Assembly: GCA_973895155.1 (NCBI GenBank)
Contig: OZ316893.1
Span: 18,852,857-18,916,856 of the forward strand
DNA: 64,000 nt
Source: Marsupella aquatica
Lineage: Eukaryota; Plantae; Marchantiophyta
Reading direction: 5' to 3'
The notes under the pieces were generated by a model. That model did no database searches, had not been told where the DNA came from, and was given only the letters and a program-made list of their open reading frames with translations. The position numbers and the translations under genes were made by a program. Of this stretch, positions 51,526 through 63,909 are shown one piece after another. How positions within the stretch are numbered: position 1 is the first letter of the stretch; every line of letters begins with the position of its first letter.

Positions 51526-51866
51526 GCGGAACGGTGTTCCGCGGATACCCATCACTCAATCGCGGAACGGTGTTCTGCAATGCACCACCACCAATCTCCA
51601 AGACAATTGACAGAACGGTGTTCTGTAAATTGCTTAGTTGCGGGACAGTGTTCCGCAACCCTCCATCACCAATAGCCAAGCTAATTGGCGGAACAGTGTT
51701 CCGTGAGTTGCCTAGTTGCGGGACAGTGTTCCGCAACCAACCCTTCTTCACAACGTAGACGAGACGTGTGCTGGGGCAGACCAATCTTCCCAAAATTACC
51801 ACAATGGAATGGTGCTCCGCAATCGACCAATCTCCAATATGCCCCCTCAACAGAATAGTGTTCCGT
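51526..51866. repeat. Array of eight 17-bp palindromes (GCGGAAC-RGT-GTTCCGC) in the retrotransposon leader
   Basis: Copies start at 51526, 51562, 51610, 51640, 51688, 51718, 51804 and 51850. Confidence 0.85.
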
Positions 51867-52503
51867 GAAAGACCTTCACAATCTTGTTGCTGCGAAAACC
51901 CTGCCGCAATTCCCGGACAAAGCACTGTTCACTAACTTTGTCATTTTCCTTGTGCCCTAGGTCGCTGCCGCACCTCGCTTCTCCGCGGTGCGCTACGTCG
52001 CCGTAGGCAATGCAATTTGCCAACATTCAACGTCGCTTTCTTCAAAGGAATGCACTGTCCGTCAACATCAAACTTGATGAATCTCAAATCCGCAACATAC
52101 AACTTCAACGATCAACTCCCGATTGGGACCATCCCCGAACCAGAATCACAAACAATCACAAGTCTGACCGACTTGCCTTCACAAAACCGCAGCGAATACT
52201 CTCAACAATCCGCGCATAATAGTCGACAATAGCTTCCGATCATCGACCGCACACTTAGTCTTCCAAAATGCTGCAATGTTGATCGATGCGAACTGCAACT
52301 CCAAACGCACACTCAACAACTCAAAGCTCCGCATTCACTAGAGCTTTCTCAACACCAACTTGTAACAGATCGAGATACCAGCGATCCGTTCAACAACAAA
52401 ACCCGATCCGAGATACCACGAATTGTCAACAACAACACCACAACAAAATCGAACTTCTGTTTGCACAATCCGTACATCAGAATTCGAAGCTGATCTTTCA
52501 ATG

Positions 52504-52833
52504 TAATCTTCTTCAATAGTGCAAATCGAACAACGATTGGTGCTAATCCAACAACGATCCCATCCAACGCGATCACACATGTATGTCAAGCCCAACGCAC
52601 CTTGTGCTTCAAGGAATCCACGTTACATGCACACAACCTGGTCAGCCACACCATAGCCACCAAGCTCATGCTCAAAGGCTCAACATTGAAAGAGGAGGCC
52701 TTTGAGCCAACACAAGGGGATAATTATCCCTCACACCAACTCAAACTAAACCTAGTGCTCATGTAGCACACATACAAAACCTCTATACCTAGATAGTACG
52801 ATATACTTTACTACCACTCTAAATGGTGTGACA
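52504..52833 (-). repeat. Terminal repeat X1 (5' end of the DNMT-Gypsy)
   Basis: Copy of 33784-34112; ends gtgaca followed by TSD gcta. Confidence 0.95.
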
Positions 52834-53771
52834 GCTAACTCAATAGGGGCAACTCAATTGGTTCAAAGAAGAGAGTTATGGTATAGATGAATTTGGAACT
52901 ATCTACACCTTCATGAATATGCCATTTCATGCTATTTGAAGTGGTCTACCTTCAATCATGTTTTATTTTCTCCTAATTCTAGGTTCTGGAAGTTTGCATT
53001 TCCCGCATGTTTTGAGTTTGGTGTTTGTCTTCACACAACTCTTTTTGTGGTAGACAGTAGACTATATCGTAATGTAGCTTTTTCATGGCTTAATTGAAAT
53101 CAAAGTTTTGGGGCTTGAGACCAGGATTTCAAAACCAGCCAATGCACCTTCATTTGCTTGCATGTATTCAGTGGTTGAGGACAAATCAAAAGTAGTTGAT
53201 GAGAACTAAATTGCAAAAATTGCACATATAGAGATATTTTGTGGTAGCAGCAAAACTTTGTTGGATCCTATCTCAGTCATTTTTTATGACAATGGACAAT
53301 TTGGCCTAAAAAAAAACTTTGCAGAATGCAAAAGTGCCCTAATGCCAAGTGCCATTTACTGGGTGAAAACATGACCATAAATTTCAACTCTAAACTGTGA
53401 GCTTATATATCGTGTAGACAAAATGTGATTAGTAAAAGGAGAGTCTATCTAGTTGCTTGTAGTTGGCCAAAACAGGACCCGTTTGTTGAGCAAAGATGCA
53501 ATTGTCAACAGCATGCACATGTGACTTCCTTTGAACAAGTAGTCAACATAGAGAGATTCGTGGTTCCAGGTGTGGTTCACTTCCGGTGAGGCTACATCTA
53601 TAGGAATACACAAGAACTTTAATGCACTTTAACCCCGTTCGCCATACCAAGTCATCACAACACAAGCTCTCCGTATCTCTCAAATGACTCCATAACATTG
53701 ATTATGAGTTTCCTATCCACAAGTGTACATTGCATGTGTATATGGGACTTAGCACAGCTAACCTTACCAAG

Positions 53772-55536
53772 AGTTATAGAACTCGACTACCTTAACACTT
53801 AGCTCCGGCATTGTTGACTCTGACACCAAGTTCCTCTATGGTCCAAGCCCCCGGAATGGCCATCCAGTGGGAACTAAGTATGGGGAGACTAGTAGGCAAC
53901 AAGGGGTGGCACTAGCAAGGGCGCTAAACTGGTGATGCACACTAAGGACCTAGACTAGCTTAGGGCTGGCCTGAGGGCTGGTTGGGTCATGGGAAGGGGC
54001 CAAGCTTAGATTGGAGCATCCGGACCCCCGACAGACTTTGAGTTCTCAAAGTTTGAGTGAGAGCTCCTCTTGAGCCCAAGGCTAAAGGAGTTTACATCAT
54101 GTGCAACGGACGCTTGGCGCAAACGATACGGCACAACTGTCTGGCACCCCTGAGTGACAATGGGTTATGAGGGCCTAGGCAGGAGCATTGGGCTGACCCA
54201 ATCACAACGGGCTAAGGCACTCCGCCTAAGGACGTCTAGCTAGAAAGTTATGGGCATAGCAAGCTAGTTGCGTGCCAGTTAGAGTCCAGGTGGGGGGCCA
54301 AAAATAGGGACCAAAACCGGTCCAAGGTGGCAGGTCTCCAGAAGCATATATGAGGGGAGTGGTGTCTCCCTAGGGGCCAAGGGTGAGCCCAAGTTGTGAG
54401 CTGCAATGGTCGCGACACCAAGAGGAAACGCTGAATGGAAACGATGATAACTTCTCAACGGGAAGTTTGTTGGGGGACTTCTTGGATGCATTGGAAATCT
54501 CTTGAGAAATACTACATCCTCCTAAGCTCATCTGGGTTTGGGGATGCCATGGATTCTTGGGGTTTGCGGGGGCTATCTCGCCTGCTTGCCAAATCCTGCC
54601 AAAACAACAGCCAAACCGCCTTCAGTCTCACACGGGAACTTGCATTGGGAGCAACAACAAAGTAGGCATGGAGGTTGGGTTCCAAGTGCATTTGGCCCCT
54701 AGACTATCAGTTGAGTGGGAACCTCGGAGTTGGTTGCTATAGTCAGGGCCAATGTGGTTTCAACATTTTAGGACAAGCCTGGGACAAGCTAAGCTATTTG
54801 GGCCATGAGCATGTGTTGGGGGTAGGGTGGTTAGCCAACTACGGATAGAAAGTGGGGGAGCACAGGCGGCACCCAACGAGGGGCTGTTCTGGACGAGCAA
54901 TGGGTGTTGGCTTTGGCTTATGTCAAGGCCATGCTGTTGAGCATAGACGACACTCGTAACCGTAGTCGACATAAGAGATACGTGGTTCACCTCCTTGAGG
55001 CTACGTCCACGGGAACACACAAGAGAGCTTTACTGAACTCTAAGCCCGTCGGCTATACCAAGTCTCCACAGTGTAAGCTCTCCTCATCTCTCAAGTGGCC
55101 CCATAACAATGAGTCTAAGTTCCACTTATCCAAGCAAACACCGCTTGGCATATAGTGTGCATCCTAGTTAACCTAACCATGTCTCCGACTACGGTTAGTC
55201 TAACTATGGTTATATGTCGTAACCCTAGACCTTGAGTAAATACCTAACACATGCGAGCTCGAGAGGTTTTATTTGCTGACCTACTTACCAAGCTAGGATG
55301 CTAGTCTTGGAAGGTCTAGATCCTTTGGATTATTTACCATAATGTTTGGTTGCTTGTGCAGACAGTGAGGGCCATTGAGCGAAGGTCGCGTTAGGGAGCA
55401 AGTACTGCTTCATATGGGAGTGACCATTGGGGGTGCAAGGAGCACCAAGTTGCTTGCTCAAGGCGTTTGGGCACCAAGAGCACTTAGGCATTGGTGTTGA
55501 GATTGGTGAGGGTGTTGGGTGGCAAGGTCCACCACT
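53772..55536. mobile_element. AGT...ACT element copy 2, 5-bp TSD CCAAG
   Basis: ccaag|agttatagaactcg ... caaggtccaccact|ccaag; colinear with 25053-26533. Confidence 0.88.
54935..55249. mobile_element. Solo LTR, 315 bp, TSD CATGC
   Basis: catgc|tgttgagca ... tacctaaca|catgc. Confidence 0.88.
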
Positions 55537-57171
55537 CCAAGTTTGTGACTACGGCTATGGTCGTAACTTTAGACCTAGAGTAAATACCTAACACCGGTGT
55601 TTGAGGTTGAGCTTTAGTTGGGGCAGAAGGAACAGACTCAGGAAGGGAGGCCAGGAACCCAACGGTCAGGGTTGACCAAGAGCACCTAGGTCAAGGGTTG
55701 TGTTGTTCCAATTCAATGACTATGTAGTTGGAACAACAACACTTCTTTGCTTCACTTGCAATTCTTTGACTCTCCTTGAGATTTTTGTGCACTGCATGGT
55801 CAGGTTTCCTTGCTTGCAGTTCTTTGTCTCCCCCCCCACATTTTTGTGCCATATAAGGTGTTGTTACACCAATAACATGGTCGCAACAATCACATGGCCG
55901 CAACAAACAATCATGCAAGGCACATACAATGGGTTATTTCACTATAGTAGGTCGGCATTCTGAAAAATAGAATTAGTCATTTTTACAGATTGAATATTTT
56001 ACAGTTCTTTAGTTTGACAAAACGTCCATAAGTCTACTTTTGAAAGTATTTGTTTCTTTTGGATCTTTTCTCGTTTTATACATTGCCCTCCTATTGTCTC
56101 TTTTTATATATAGTGGTTGGTTGTTTTGCGATTGTTTGAATCAGCATATCCCCTTTACCATCATTCTACCGTACAACAGGTTTAAATATCTTGGGAGCCT
56201 TTTGGCATGACGGCCGTGAATGAAAAGGTGCCTTGAAAGTTCAAATTTGGCAGAACAATAAATGTGCTTGTTTAGGTCCCGCATCCAATCCCCTCATGCA
56301 AGTTTCTTCCTACAATGAGGTGCATTCCTTGATGCTTATGATGACTGGACTTCCTTTTTGTTAATTTTATTTTGCACCCGGCTTTGTATATTTGAAAGTC
56401 AAGCTCGGATCGACCTCTACATTTGCCAGAGTGCTCATATAGGCTTTTCAACCCGATGGTATCAAAGAAAAACTTTTTTTCTGCTCATATAATATTTACA
56501 CAGATGAGTCAAATATGGCAAGCAAATGAGACTGCCATCTTTGGAAATTTGTAGGTGTCTCCATTCTCCATGAAATTTGATAATATGGGGCTCATCGGAA
56601 ATATCTTTCCAAACCACTTGTAGCAAAATCAAAAAATTAGATTCCCTTGGATAAAGAGGTACTGAATATCAAAACTAGCTGCTCAAAAACTTTCATAGGT
56701 GCAAAGTGTCGACAAAGTAACTTTTAGAAATTTGTAACCTTGAGTGCGGATTCTTCATGAAAACTAGAGTTAATACAATTACTGAAAAAATATTTCAAAA
56801 TCACTTCTAACTAGCCTAAGACAAGCCACTTCCCTTGAATAACAATGAAGATAAACGAGGTCAAACTTTGTTGTTGAAAATGCTTTGGAAATGAGAAGGG
56901 TGTAAGGTGTAGAAGGTGTAGAACCATGTTGATTGTTTTTCAATAAAAGTATCTCCAACCCAACGGGGTTTTGTTAGTGTAACAAGATGTTGACCAAACC
57001 CAGTAAAGAAAATATAAAAAGTTTGGAATGGCCTTCCAGTGAGTGGCCTGGTTTCAAGGAACAGTTTCTGACTATCCTGTCTCCCAAACCATCTAATATT
57101 ACAAACTTGTCCTTCAAACAAAATTAACTATCAACCCAGGCCTGTTCTGTATTTGAGTATTAACTTATATA

Positions 57172-57454
57172 CAGGTCCCCATTGCCATGATGGCAAGTGG
57201 CTAGCCTGTGCCATTGCCATGTGGCATGTGGCATGTGGCTAGCCTTGGCTCCCTTCCTCGTTGTAAGTCACAGTTGTAGGTCCTGGAGGGGCAAAAACAC
57301 TTCATTTTTTGCTACACACTCCCCTCACAAAGATCCAACACTTTGGCCTCATTTTTACTCGGGAAAATGCAGCGGGGAAGGGGAAGAGGGACAAAGGGGT
57401 GGTGGTGGGTTAAGGCTAGCCAGTAGCAACTTGCCACATGGCAATGGAAACATG
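57172..57454. mobile_element. Tc1/Mariner-type (Stowaway-like) MITE with TA TSD
   Basis: ta|caggtccccattgccatgatggcaag ... cttgccacatggcaatggaaacatg|ta, imperfect TIRs. Confidence 0.7.
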
Positions 57455-58711
57455 TATACAAGTTAATACTAAGTTAGATACAAAATGGGGGCCGAGTTGG
57501 TAATTAATTTTATTTAGGGGCACATTAGTAATATTGGGTAGTTTGGGGGACAGGTTAGTAAAAAAATGTTTGGAGGAAAGGAAAGGAAAGGAAATGCAAA
57601 TGTAACAACAACAACATATGATGGGAGGGATGAGGGAAAAAGGTGAGAAGATGGGTGCCATCAGCCAGTTTTTTTTTGTGAGGGAGGGGGGAGGGGGTAC
57701 ATGTTTGATCAACATTTTTCTATGCCCAGCATCTGGCTTACTCAACCCCCGCCTTAACCCTTCCCCACTCTGGATTAGCATCTGTCAACTAAGAGTTAAC
57801 TCCAAGTCTTGTCCACTTCTTGTTAGACTCTCCCTATTACCCATTTCCACTGTTGATTCCCTATGGTACGTCAACTTTGACCTCATCCGGCAATGGATTT
57901 TGTGCACTCAAAGAAATTCTGCAATGACAAGAACACTTTTCCCTTGGCTTTTCCACAATGATATGCTTTCTGCAACAACTCACTTTCCTCACCACCGAGT
58001 CCTCTTGGTAGCACGGAGCAGGGAAGGTTCAGCGATCGCCAACCTCACCACCATTCAAAACTGGAACCTTCAAGTCAGGATGGAGGGCATGTTCCTGTCG
58101 CTTTGTCTAGCCACAACTGACTGCCCGGAGAGAGAAGTTGGTGGATGACACTCAAATTTGGTGATAGGAGGCAGGGTGGGATTCTTTGTTTTGGATGGCA
58201 AAGCTGACAATGTTTGGCAACAAAACTTCTTCAATGCAACAATTCTGAGAGCACAGACTTAGTGACAATATGGGGCTAACAACAACAGGGCTGCAACAAT
58301 AATTGTGCAACGACAGACATTTAATTGGGCTATAAAACATTTGGGCCTTACAAGACACTATAACAACAGTTCAGCAAAGTTGTTGATGTATAACAACATG
58401 CTCACAAAGACATGGTCATGGAATTTGGCTAGAAAGACACAAGGGCAATTTGGAAGACTAGAGCAGGTGCAATTTAGCAAAGTTTAGTTGCGGTAGTACA
58501 ACATGGTTGCAACTATAATTGTACAATGCACCTAAATTGATTTGGGCTGAGAAGATGTAGGGCTACTTTACAAGACAGGGGTAACAACAATTCAGCAAAG
58601 TTTTGTTGACAAATTGAAAATCTGAGTCATTGAAAGTAAATGGGCACCTACACTTCTCTGCAAAAGATCATGGAGGTAATTTAGAGTTGAAAATTTGATT
58701 CCTATCTCAAT

Positions 58712-58991
58712 CTTGGGGGTTTCATTTCCCTCAAAATGGCACATCATGTGGGACGAAGTACATGGTTATTTTATTGGTTCTAAGGGAAGACTTAATAATT
58801 TTCTCAGAAAAACAACAGGGTCTTTTAAATCCAAATCCAAATTTGAGAGACATAAGAGTATTAGGCCTTTTAATCCAAATAAATATTACAACTTTATAGG
58901 GTTGATTTGTTTTATTCTTACATTTTAGGGGCTCCGAGACCTAAAAACATTGCAGGTGATAGAGAGACCTCCATAAAGTGAGACCCTCAAG
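58712..58991. mobile_element. MITE, second copy of the 8041-8337 family, 8-bp TSD ATCTCAAT
   Basis: atctcaat|cttgggggtttcatt ... agtgagaccctcaag|atctcaat; internal similarity to 8041-8337. Confidence 0.9.
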
Positions 58992-59336
58992 ATCTCAATC
59001 CTACGTGAATGGGGTGGGGTCACTTGGAAGCATATATGATGACAACTATGTGCCAAAAGATTGGACCACCTTTTGGAGTCAAACAGAGTCAAGTTTCCTA
59101 ATCATGGGGACAAAGAATCATTCTCATTGCTGATGCACAATTATGTACAGTTAAAACAGAAAAGAGGTGGTACGTTCTTTACTCAACCTTGAACCATAAG
59201 CCTGAACTTTTAATCATAAATAGAATCTCCAAAATGCTTGTTGCTCAAATGCATGACTCCTAAGGCCAAATAGGATATCCATCCAAGCTCACAAACTCAA
59301 ATGAGATTTTTCCCCACTTGGACAACCCCAGAATAA

Positions 59337-59357
59337 GTGTGTGTGTGTGTGTGTGTG
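59337..59357. repeat. (GT)n microsatellite
   Basis: Run of GT dinucleotides. Confidence 0.9.
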
Positions 59358-59927
59358 CGTGGAGGGGGTGGGGCATGCAGATGGAACAGGCCAAACAATG
59401 ACTTCCGTAGTGCCTTTGTTGTGAAATTAAAGTTTTGTTTTTCCATCAGATCCATGTCATAAATGGACAGGTATATCCCATGTAGGCTTAGAAACCATAT
59501 CCCAAGCAAGATTGTTTGGCCTGGAAATCTAATCCAAGCCTAGAAGTGCGTATTTTCATAGATTTTTGAGCTAGGGAAGTTTTGGAAGCAAAGGTTTTAA
59601 GACAAAATATCTGGTTTCAACAAATGAAAATGTTTAGGGTTGAAGGAGAATTCATTTGAAGGAGTGAATTTATATATCTTGTTTTGGAGATGAGTGGGAA
59701 TGGGATGCCCATCACAAACCTATTGCTCAAATAGAATTCTCACATGAGATCTATGAAAAAATATGAATGACATGAATTTAGTGGTTGACATTGAGATAAA
59801 GAATTTTTGTACATCCTGTTTGAGTTGAAAGGCGTGGATGAAGACCCTATTCAGCATCACAAAGTCAGAGAGGCAGAACTATTATGAACAGTTATGCTTC
59901 ATAGATAACTCCATGCTGTTCATTGCT

Positions 59928-60695
59928 TGTATCAGGTATCAGTCGCTGTTTCCCACCTGTCTCTGCCCTCAACGCCTTTTTTTGACAACGGGTGTCTGTG
60001 GCCCTTCAACGGGCCCAGGCTTTCACCTTATTTAGTAGGGCTGAGGCAGTTGGTTTTAGGGCCTCACGTCAGGTTCCGCTTTGGGACCCTCCTTTGCAGT
60101 TTACTCCCGAGCTCTACCAGGCTTTTCAGTTCTCCGCTCAGTAGGGTATTAGCTTTCATGACTCCTTTCTAGGTTATTTTCGCGTTGGTTTTTGGGTTAG
60201 GGACCCCTTGGCATGTTTTTTCTTGGGGCCCTTTCCCCTCTTTTCCTCCCCCTTCAGTGGGTTGCTTTGCCTTTGGGATCTTTTGTCCCAGTTTGGCGTT
60301 TTTGCCCTTGTGCACTGTGTTATATATCAGTCGCTCACATCTGTTGTTTGTGTAGGAAACCTTCAGAACATTGACTCAGTGAGTGGGTTTTTCCCCCTAG
60401 AAATTCTCATTCCATGAGCCCTCGAGTGAAAAACTCCTTCAACCACGTTAGCTGAGTAGAATTGTTTTTAGTGAGGTGAATCGGTGAGCTCAGCCAAGCT
60501 AATTTTCCAACTTGAAGAGGTTGTCGAGTAACAAAGTGACTGCGATCATCGAGGTCAACTGATGGGAATACCTGATAGTTTCCTAACTCAAAGAGAGGGT
60601 AGCTGATGGGAGTACCTCGTAGAGTTTCCTAGCTCAACGAGACCCTGGCAGACCTTTCCCCTCTCTGTTAAACTAAGTTTTAGTTGACAGATACA
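59928..60695. repeat. Possible LTR-like segment (768 bp)
   Basis: Ends tgtatcag...cagataca are inverted and TG..CA, but no TSD is present. Confidence 0.35.
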
Positions 60696-61739
60696 AACAG
60701 CTAAACAAAGCGGACCCCACTGAACAGAATGGAAAAGGCCAACGCCGTGTGTGATCAGGTTATCAGGGAGCCAAAATGGGACGACAGTGCTTTACTGCTT
60801 TTGCAGGCGAAAAGGTATATTTTCAAGATCTCTCACCTGAGCCGTGGATTGATTTTTATCGACGGATCACTATTTCCGCGTTCTTTCTAAAAGGACGACA
60901 AGTGTACGGCCATAAATTATACTTCCTATGTCTTCATTAGCGGACGCCCCAGATCTTGACAGGGGTCCTGCGCCATCGACGTCAAGCCCAAGGTACAAGT
61001 CTCTGTTGTAACAGTAGAATATTGACGGAAATTTGGCCTGAAATAGAGGTACGGAACCTATTTCGTCTTTCTTGGAACTCAAACAAAGCCAGTCTCTGAC
61101 CGAAGGGTCTTGCGCTATCTTCAAACAACTCTTGCACTGTCCCTCTTCTCCTACTGAACTCTTTCGCCAGTTCAACTGCTACCGACCATGCCGTCCATTC
61201 CTGTTCGGGACAGCCTGGGTAGAAGATCCGCCTTCCCGAGTTACCCTTGCACCTCCATCGTTTACAGGGAAATATAAACAAGTATTTACTACAAGCTTTT
61301 CACGATTAAAAACTTTAATTATTTTTAGGAGATTCTGTTGGACTACTTCGTTGGCTACTCCGTTTCACCCGTAATCACGGTTACCATATAGAACGTAAGT
61401 ACGGTTATTTTGGCCTCTTATGTGTACACTCTCTGGGTTTTTGCATTCACAGGGAATTTGCACTAATTTCTAAGTGCACTTTCTTTAATTTTGAATTTGT
61501 CATGTCTTGACAGTGTCCATAGACATTTACCGAGCCTCTGTCCCTTGTCACATTAGAGACTCTGTTACCTTGTGTTCCAGCTGGATTTTCTTGCATTCCA
61601 TAGGACTCATCCCTACCCTGAACCTTATCTCCTGTAGAATAGTAACATTAATTTCTACGAAGAACAGTACACACCTATCCATAAGAGTCAGCATAGGATC
61701 TATGCTCTTCCCCAGAAGTATGCACATATTTATATTCCA

Positions 61740-62685
61740 AGTTAAAGTTAATGCTCCCTCACTTTCCCGGGGCACCTTATGTCCCAGTCCCCAATGCTGC
61801 TGCTCGCTCCAGCCCAAGTTTGGCAGAACCCAAACCAATACTCTACGATTTAATTCATGTGCTCCCTAAAACCCTAAACCCTAAACGCCATTACTTTGGG
61901 TTTATGTTTTGGCACCCATCACTTTGTCGGCCGCTCCGGCCCAATTGACTTGTGCCATCAACTTTTTGGAAAGAAGTGTTGCCAAAACATAAAGCACAAC
62001 TCCATAAAGAATAAGTATTTGGCACAACATAAACCAAGACTCTATCAATCATGACTCTCACCAAAGTATTAGGCTCCCCTTGAACACTTATACTCTATTA
62101 CAAAATAGGTATGACTCCATGGGAAAGAAGTGTTGCCAGAAAATAAACCTTGACTCCATCAAGAAGAAGCATTTCACAAAAACATCAACCAAGACTCTAG
62201 AATCATGACTCTTAACCAAAATACTAGGTTGTGCCTAAACACTTAGATTCTCTTATCAAACAAGCATGACTCCCTTGGAAAGAAGTGTTGCCAAAACATT
62301 AATCACAACTCCATAGAGAATAAGTATTTGGCACAACATAAACCAAGACTCTATATAAATCATGACTCTTAACCAAAGTACTAGGCTTGCCCTGAACACT
62401 TAGACTCTGTTACAAAGTAAGTATAACTCTGTTGGAAAGAAGTGTTGCCAGAACATAAACCACGACTCCACAAGCAAGAAGTTGGTGACACAAACTTAAG
62501 TTGGTCCAACCGGAGCAAGCGAAGGCGCCAAAATAGAAACCCAAAGTTGATCAAGCCGGAGCGCATGAAAAAATGGTAGGATATTGGTTTATGTTTTGCC
62601 AAACTTGGGCTGGAGAGGGCAACAGCAATGGGGACTGGGACTGGCAGTGTAAGGCCCCAGGAAAATGAGGGAGCATTAACTTGAC
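61740..62685. repeat. Inverted-repeat arms (~61740-61915 / ~62522-62685) enclosing a ~155-bp tandem array (~61968-62480)
   Basis: gttaatgctccctc...cagcccaagtttggca is mirrored by tgccaaacttgggctg...gagggagcattaac. Units ggaaagaagtgttgcc start near 61968, 62122, 62277 and 62433. Confidence 0.8.
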
Positions 62686-63909
62686 TTAGATTTAACTCGA
62701 GTACATAGTTATAGAGAGTTTGTCACTAAAAAATGAAATCTGTGGGTCTTAATGCTGATCTATTCGTCTTTTTAGACCAGACCTAGTTGCACTTATAAGA
62801 GGTGCAAAAGGTAATGAGAGGAAAAGGGGAAAAATAGCACACCAAGCCAGTGTTTGCATATATGAAAATATGTACTTATGCAGAGGTTCCTCTATACCGA
62901 ACCAGTCCGGGGTTGTACAGACTAACGAACGTGGTAACGGTCAGGTATAATTCGAGGTTGTCACAGTGCTTACATCTCACAGTCATCACTATAACCCTTC
63001 GGATATCTTCACTCAGCACCGTGTTCATTACAGCTTGCCACCGTAGAGTCATCGGTAGTCACCATGACGCCAGCGCGGAATTTTATTGCTAGAAACAATA
63101 GTTTTTTAATTTATAAACAATAACAAGAGGGGGCCAGATTGGATACGCCCCCAGACTGCGTGGAAGGGTCCAAGAGGGTCTCCAAGAGTAGAAGCGCGTC
63201 GGACCACCGCTTCAAGGGATCGCAAATTCAGAATCATCGTGCTGACGCTGTATCCCACAACCTGTAGAGTACAGTCCCTGCAAATTCGAGCTCGGGTTCG
63301 AACTCGTAACTACCCGCCTGACCTCGAAGTGCAAGGGCACAATAATGATGACATTCCCGGTGGAGAGGAGGGTTATTCGACGTGTGAATTAGTGCTAACG
63401 CTCGCCATGCGAATTCCCTTCGAAGTGGATTTAATACTCCGTGTCATGTTATTGTCAAGTAGACCCCATTAAAGTCCGAGAATTCGTACGGGAGTGCACT
63501 GACGTCGATAAGGTCGAGAATTATTTCGGTCGAGGGGCCGGAGGGCTGAGGGGCCAGACGACACGACGTGCTGCAGACTCCACCTCATACGATGCTGTCG
63601 TCTTCCTATAAGTGCACAATCTATAAGTGCAATAATTGGGCTAATTGCAAGGCATCCCGTTTTTCCCGTATTCTACCCGGCCATTTTGCACTTGTCGCAA
63701 TTTTTTAATTGTGAACGCTCTGTAAGGTTTCATGCACATTTAGAGAAGGCATCCCGTTCTGCCCTTTTTTTACCTCACCATTTTGCACTTTCCTGCATTT
63801 TGTTAAGTGAAAACCCTCTGCAAGGTTTCATGCACACTTATCATAGAATTCCTTTTACTTAAACCACACCTGCCCTGTAGCTCTCATTCTAAAGAGTACA
63901 AGTTCAGAA

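Larger units (their letters stand above)
33647..52833 (-). mobile_element. Full-length (about 9.2 kb net) Ty3/Gypsy retrotransposon encoding a DNA cytosine methyltransferase and a PHD finger; split terminal repeats; TSD GCTA; carries a nested CACTA
   Basis: gcta|tgttgtgcg ... ggtgtgaca|gcta. Domain order gag-PR-DNMT-RT-RH-IN-PHD. Purine-rich tract at 34251-34262. Confidence 0.92.
53484..55593. mobile_element. Copia-like solo LTR (about 340 bp net) split by a nested insertion; TSD CCGTT/CCGGT
   Basis: tgttgagca...tacctaaca ends; similar to 54935-55249 and partly to the Copia LTRs. Confidence 0.75.

Noticed and set aside
51526-51866. CRISPR array
   Set aside because: Repeats are only 17 bp, spacers are irregular and partly duplicated, there are no cas genes, and the context is a eukaryotic retrotransposon leader.
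33647-52833. DIRS/Ngaro tyrosine-recombinase element
   Set aside because: It encodes an HHCC/DDE integrase and an aspartic protease and has a TSD; no YR motif seen.
55600-61700. Short ORFs (e.g. 57618-58148, 60870-61374) as protein-coding genes
   Set aside because: No recognisable motifs or consistent exon structure; region is interspersed with MITEs.
61864-61885. True telomere or large interstitial telomeric array
   Set aside because: Only 2-3 imperfect CCCTAAA units.
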